A stretch of 64,000 nt of DNA from Candidatus Cloacimonadaceae bacterium (GTDB lineage Bacteria; Cloacimonadota; Cloacimonadia; Cloacimonadales; Cloacimonadaceae): contig JAUYAR010000094.1 of NCBI GenBank assembly GCA_030693415.1, forward strand, positions 10,061 to 74,060. The letters run 5' to 3'. The notes under the pieces are model-generated. The model was not told the DNA's origin, made no database searches, and saw nothing but the letters and a program-made list of their open reading frames with translations. This document shows, one piece after another, positions 60,334-64,000 of the stretch (within the stretch, counting starts at the first letter, position 1; each line of letters opens with the position of its first letter). Made by a program: the position numbers and the translations under genes.

Positions 60334-61521
60334 ATGCTCAGCTTAAAGGGTTACAACCGCAACAAGATAAAGAGCTTTCTCAGGCAGAGGTTTCATCTCT
60401 CCGCGGATCACCGCAGACTGTTGGTGATGTTTATCCTCGTCTGCGCCTTCATCATATTGCTGCTTCTGGCTTCGGCATTTCTTGTCTCGATGGTGGAACA
60501 AGATCAAACCGATAGCCTCGCCATCAAAAGTTTCTGGGATGGTATTTGGTGGGCGATTGTGACCATCGCCACGGTCGGATATGGAGACAAGGTTCCGCTC
60601 ACGCATGCCGGCAGGCTGGTTGGGATGTTTCTCATCATTGTCGGATTTTCACTCTTATCGGTATTCACCGGTTTGATTGCCTCATTATTTGTAGAAGATA
60701 AAATCAAAGGAGCGAAGGGTTTGAAACAGATCAGAACGCATGACCACATCGTCATCTGCGGCTGGAACAAGACCGCGGAATTTTTGCTTAAAGCCATGAT
60801 CGAAAAGAAACTTCAGGATACCGAAGTGTGCCTGGTGACCAATCAGGGCGCCGAGTTCTTTGAAGAGATAGAATCCAAGTTTCCCCATCTGCAGCTCAAG
60901 TTTGTACGCGGGGAAGCTACTCAGGAAGAAGTTTTGCGCCGGGCATCGATCTCAAACGCGGCACAAGTGATCATCCTTGCCGATCAGAATCTGGAAAAAC
61001 AGAGCGCGGACGACCGCACCATCATCATCGCCAATGCCATCCACTATATGGTGCACAAAGACAAGATCACCGTCCAGCTTCACAACACCGAAAATAAGAA
61101 TCTGCTCTATCGAATCGGCATCTCAAACGTGATCATCTATGACGACATCGGCGGATACATCCTGGCAAACAATATCATCGAAAACCACAGCCTCAAGCTC
61201 TTTAGCCAGCTTGCCAAAAGTGCGCAAAACAACATCTCCACACTCGAGATACCCGAACACTTCATTGGGAAAACATACGCCGAACTATTTGATCATATCC
61301 GCCACGAAAAAAAGCTGATCCTACTCGGACTGATGACCAAGGAACCGGAACTAGAGATTGATTCCATCTTTTCGGACAATTCTTCTGCCATTGATCAATT
61401 CATCAAAAGTACGCTCAGCAAATCCCGCAGCCTCCATCAGGATGAGAAAAGCAGCATCCGCTGGAATCCTTTGGGCGAAAACCGGATCATGGAGTCCGAT
61501 CTCGCCATCGTCATGACTTGA
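60334..61521 (+). CDS. two-TM potassium channel with cytoplasmic RCK (TrkA_N) domain (MthK-like)
   Basis: 395 aa. Selectivity filter TVGYGD. RCK Rossmann start HIVICGWNKTAEF. Confidence 0.8.
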   Translation: MLSLKGYNRNKIKSFLRQRFHLSADHRRLLVMFILVCAFIILLLLASAFLVSMVEQDQTDSLAIKSFWDGIWWAIVTIATVGYGDKVPLTHAGRLVGMFLIIVGFSLLSVFTGLIASLFVEDKIKGAKGLKQIRTHDHIVICGWNKTAEFLLKAMIEKKLQDTEVCLVTNQGAEFFEEIESKFPHLQLKFVRGEATQEEVLRRASISNAAQVIILADQNLEKQSADDRTIIIANAIHYMVHKDKITVQLHNTENKNLLYRIGISNVIIYDDIGGYILANNIIENHSLKLFSQLAKSAQNNISTLEIPEHFIGKTYAELFDHIRHEKKLILLGLMTKEPELEIDSIFSDNSSAIDQFIKSTLSKSRSLHQDEKSSIRWNPLGENRIMESDLAIVMT

Positions 61522-61528
61522 GGTGAAT

Positions 61529-62029
61529 ATGTTGGATATCAATACGTTGAAAAGAATTCCCCTCTTCGCCGCTCTGAGCGATGAACAGCTCATGCGACTG
61601 CAGCCATATTTGAAGGAATGCCGGTTTTCCAAAGGCAGCTACATCCTGAACGAGGACACATTTGGAGATCAGACCTTTTTGCTCTACAAAGGCAGCGTCC
61701 ACGTCACCAAGAATCTCGTCAAAGGTTTCAACGAGGATCAGGTTTCCACGGAGAAGGTGCTTGTCACGCTCAAAGGCGAAAATCTGCCCACTTTCGGAGA
61801 AAACGGCATCCTCGGCCACGCGCCGCGAAACGCAAACGTCATTGCCCAGACGGATTGCGTTCTTTACACCTTGAACAAGACCGATTTTGACAGCTTTGCC
61901 CTGGATAACATCGAAGCCGCATACAACGTCATGACCAATATCGCGCGGGTTCTCTCCATGCGTTTGAACAGTACGGACGAAAATCTCGTCAAGCTGGCAA
62001 CGGCATTGTATATCGCCGTGCAGCAATAG
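61529..62029 (+). CDS. stand-alone cyclic-nucleotide-binding domain protein
   Basis: ORF 61523..62029 (GTG); ATG at 61529. CNBD pattern IPLFAALSDEQL...FGENGILGHAPRNANVIA...LNKTDFDSF. Confidence 0.75.
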   Translation: MLDINTLKRIPLFAALSDEQLMRLQPYLKECRFSKGSYILNEDTFGDQTFLLYKGSVHVTKNLVKGFNEDQVSTEKVLVTLKGENLPTFGENGILGHAPRNANVIAQTDCVLYTLNKTDFDSFALDNIEAAYNVMTNIARVLSMRLNSTDENLVKLATALYIAVQQ

Positions 62030-62141
62030 ATTCCCCAACGCCTTTATCATCGAAGGATTCATGCGGATGATCGCACAGAATCATCTTGTTTTGCAACACG
62101 GGGCAGGATAGTATATTTATATCCATCACCAAGGAGAAATC

Positions 62142-63293
62142 ATGGACGAAAAACTAAAAAGAATCTTTGCAGAGATAAGACAAGAATATGAATGCAACCT
62201 GAGCAAGCGCGCTTTTCCGGATGCGCGCGCTAATAGAATAAAACCTGAGGAAGGGGATGACATGCGATCCCATTTTGCCGTCGATCGCGACCGGATACTC
62301 TATTCCGGAGCCTACCGGCGCTATCATGGTAAGACGCAAGTCTTTTCTTTCACCAACCTTATCGATGAAGAGATGACGAACCGCAATCTCCACATTGCCT
62401 ACGTTTCCCAAATCTCGCGAACCATTGGAAAATACCTCGGATTGAATACCGAACTCATCGAAGCCATCGCTCTCGGTCACGATCTTGGGCACGCGCCTTT
62501 TGGACACGATGGCGAAAGAGCACTTTCCAACGCTTGCGTCGAACACGGCATCGGATACTTTCACCACAACATCGAATCCATGCACATCGTGGATCATATC
62601 TCCCGCAAAGGCAGAGGTTTGAACCTCACTTTTCAGGTACGTGACGGGATCATTTCCCACGACGGGGAAGTGCATAACACCATTCTAAAACCGGAAACCG
62701 GCAAAAGCGAAGAGCGCCTCGACGAATATATCAAAACTAAAAAAGCGGGTAAGAACTTCACCTGGATGCCCGGTACGATCGAAGGCTGCGTGGTTCGCAT
62801 CACCGATACCATTGCCTACATCGGACAGGATATCGAAGACGCAATCCGCTATAACCTCTTGAAAAGAGAGGACTTGCCAAAAGAATGCACAGATAAACTG
62901 GGCAATACCAACAGCCAGATCATCGAAACCCTGATCAAAAGCGTCATCGTCAATAGCTATGATCAGGATTGGGTCGCCTTCGATGAGGAAACCTCCCACT
63001 ATCTGCTTGAACTGAAGAAGTTTAACTATAAATACATCTACACAGATGAAAACGTTAAAAAGTCAAACAAAATCATCTACCGCACCATGGGCATGATGTT
63101 TGACAAATACATCGAGGACATCAAAGCCGGAAACCGCAATTCCAAGATCTACAAACACTTCCTCGATCATAAAGCCCTGAAGTATCTGGAAAGATTCTCA
63201 CCCGCGGAACAGGTTCGCGATTTTATCGCCACCATGACCGACCGCTATTACAATGAAGAAATCAAGGATTATTTACTGCCTTGGAAATGGTGA
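62142..63293 (+). CDS. dGTPase-like HD-domain phosphohydrolase
   Basis: 383 aa. FAVDRDRILYSGAYRRYHGKTQVF and the HD motif GHDLGHAPFGHDGE. AAGGAG lies upstream. Confidence 0.8.
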   Translation: MDEKLKRIFAEIRQEYECNLSKRAFPDARANRIKPEEGDDMRSHFAVDRDRILYSGAYRRYHGKTQVFSFTNLIDEEMTNRNLHIAYVSQISRTIGKYLGLNTELIEAIALGHDLGHAPFGHDGERALSNACVEHGIGYFHHNIESMHIVDHISRKGRGLNLTFQVRDGIISHDGEVHNTILKPETGKSEERLDEYIKTKKAGKNFTWMPGTIEGCVVRITDTIAYIGQDIEDAIRYNLLKREDLPKECTDKLGNTNSQIIETLIKSVIVNSYDQDWVAFDEETSHYLLELKKFNYKYIYTDENVKKSNKIIYRTMGMMFDKYIEDIKAGNRNSKIYKHFLDHKALKYLERFSPAEQVRDFIATMTDRYYNEEIKDYLLPWKW

Positions 63294-63434
63294 GTTCTTT
63301 AGCGGACTGGTGAACCAGTGACCCGGGTCCAAGCTCCGCTGGCGATACCCCCAATTTCACTGCCTCGAGTGGAAGACCGTCAGGACTGTCGAGGCGGCTG
63401 TCTTTACGCTTTCATCTCCGGCAAATATTCTGAT

Positions 63435-64000
63435 TTACAATAATCTTCTTTCCTTCAGATATTTGATCACAACCGCTGCGTGGGGCTTCAAAGCTATCGC
63501 CCTTTCACTTGTTATCTCCGCGTTATGAGCAAATAAGATGTCGCCTTTTTCCCTAAAGGATATCGATACCGGCGATAGACCATGATTGATGAAAACACGG
63601 ATGGCACTTTCCCCATCAAAACGCTCATATCCAAGGATTCCTTCCTCAGTTTCGACAAAGCGGAATTCTCCATCGATGAGGAGGCATTCGTCCTTTCTCA
63701 AATCTATCATCCTTTTGTAAAAAACGCGTAGGTCCGAGGAGCGTGAATCGCCTTGCCAGTCCCAATCGAAGGGACGGCGGTTGTCCGGATCCTTTCTTCC
63801 CATCATACCGATCTCGTCGCCATAATAAATATGCGGCGCGCCCACAAAGGTCATTTGAAAGATTAGTGCGAGCTTGAGTTTGGCGATATTTCCTTCCGCG
63901 AGTTCCAAAATCCGCCAGGTGTCGTGGCTGCCAAGCAGGTTCATCATGGCGCCGGAGGCGTGAAAAGGATAGCGTGCCAAGCCTTCTTCGATCAGTGCTT
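63435..64000 (-). CDS. GH13 alpha-amylase family glycosidase (neopullulanase/cyclomaltodextrinase-like), 5'-truncated by the window edge
   Basis: The reading frame stays open to position 64000. GH13 region IV LLGSHDTWR, YYGDEIGM, and a C-terminal beta-sandwich. Confidence 0.75.
   Translation of the reverse strand, partial: ALIEEGLARYPFHASGAMMNLLGSHDTWRILELAEGNIAKLKLALIFQMTFVGAPHIYYGDEIGMMGRKDPDNRRPFDWDWQGDSRSSDLRVFYKRMIDLRKDECLLIDGEFRFVETEEGILGYERFDGESAIRVFINHGLSPVSISFREKGDILFAHNAEITSERAIALKPHAAVVIKYLKERRLL

Noticed and set aside
63294-63434. A possible ncRNA or terminator in the convergent gap between the HD-domain gene and the GH13 gene (hairpin GCCTCGA...TCGAGGC).
   Set aside because: It is only a 7-bp stem with a 20-nt loop and no U-tract. 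It has no resemblance to tRNA, SRP, tmRNA or RNase P motifs that I can recognise, so the evidence is insufficient.

Overview
This is a 64-kb chromosomal segment with about 50 protein genes. I recognised no rRNA, tRNA, CRISPR array, transposase or prophage. All family calls rest on motifs read from the supplied translations, because no BLAST or HMM search was possible.

Lineage (inference only): an FCB-superphylum, Cloacimonadota-like anaerobe. The basis is two giant cargo proteins ending in the NYPNPFNP...YFY...K type IX secretion tail, plus fermentative genes for 2-oxoacid:ferredoxin oxidoreductase, thiolase and glutamate dehydrogenase.

Recognised core genes:
- Left part: tyrS, glnA, gdhA, guaB, pyrG and a xerC/D-like recombinase.
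- Right part: rpsP-khpA-rimM-trmD-rplS, ogt, acpS, adk, trkHA, rluD, ribBA and a dGTPase-like HD protein. A GH13 amylase gene is cut by the window end.
- Nearly all genes from 20.3 to 48.25 kb are on the minus strand, and all genes from 49.26 to 63.3 kb are on the plus strand.

Most notable unexplained items:
1. A dispersed structured repeat family. It combines a 25-nt identical hairpin motif with arrays of the 11-bp iteron TTAATCAAGCS. One array forms a perfect 35-bp-arm palindrome.
2. The 1-kb non-coding region at the strand switch (48254-49258). It is packed with palindromes and phased A-tracts.
3. An AT-rich island carrying a solitary 660-aa orphan ORF, followed by an 82-nt composite hairpin.
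4. Two tandem ~985-aa genes combining receiver-like domains with a dikinase-type ATP-grasp. They lack a swivel-His domain and differ at the predicted phospho-acceptor residue.
5. Two C25-like cargo proteins in which the aligned catalytic His is Tyr or Trp.
6. A TPM-domain gene separated from its usual Gly-rich tail by an in-frame TAA.

I could not demonstrate a defined novel multi-gene system. The items above are leads, not conclusions.
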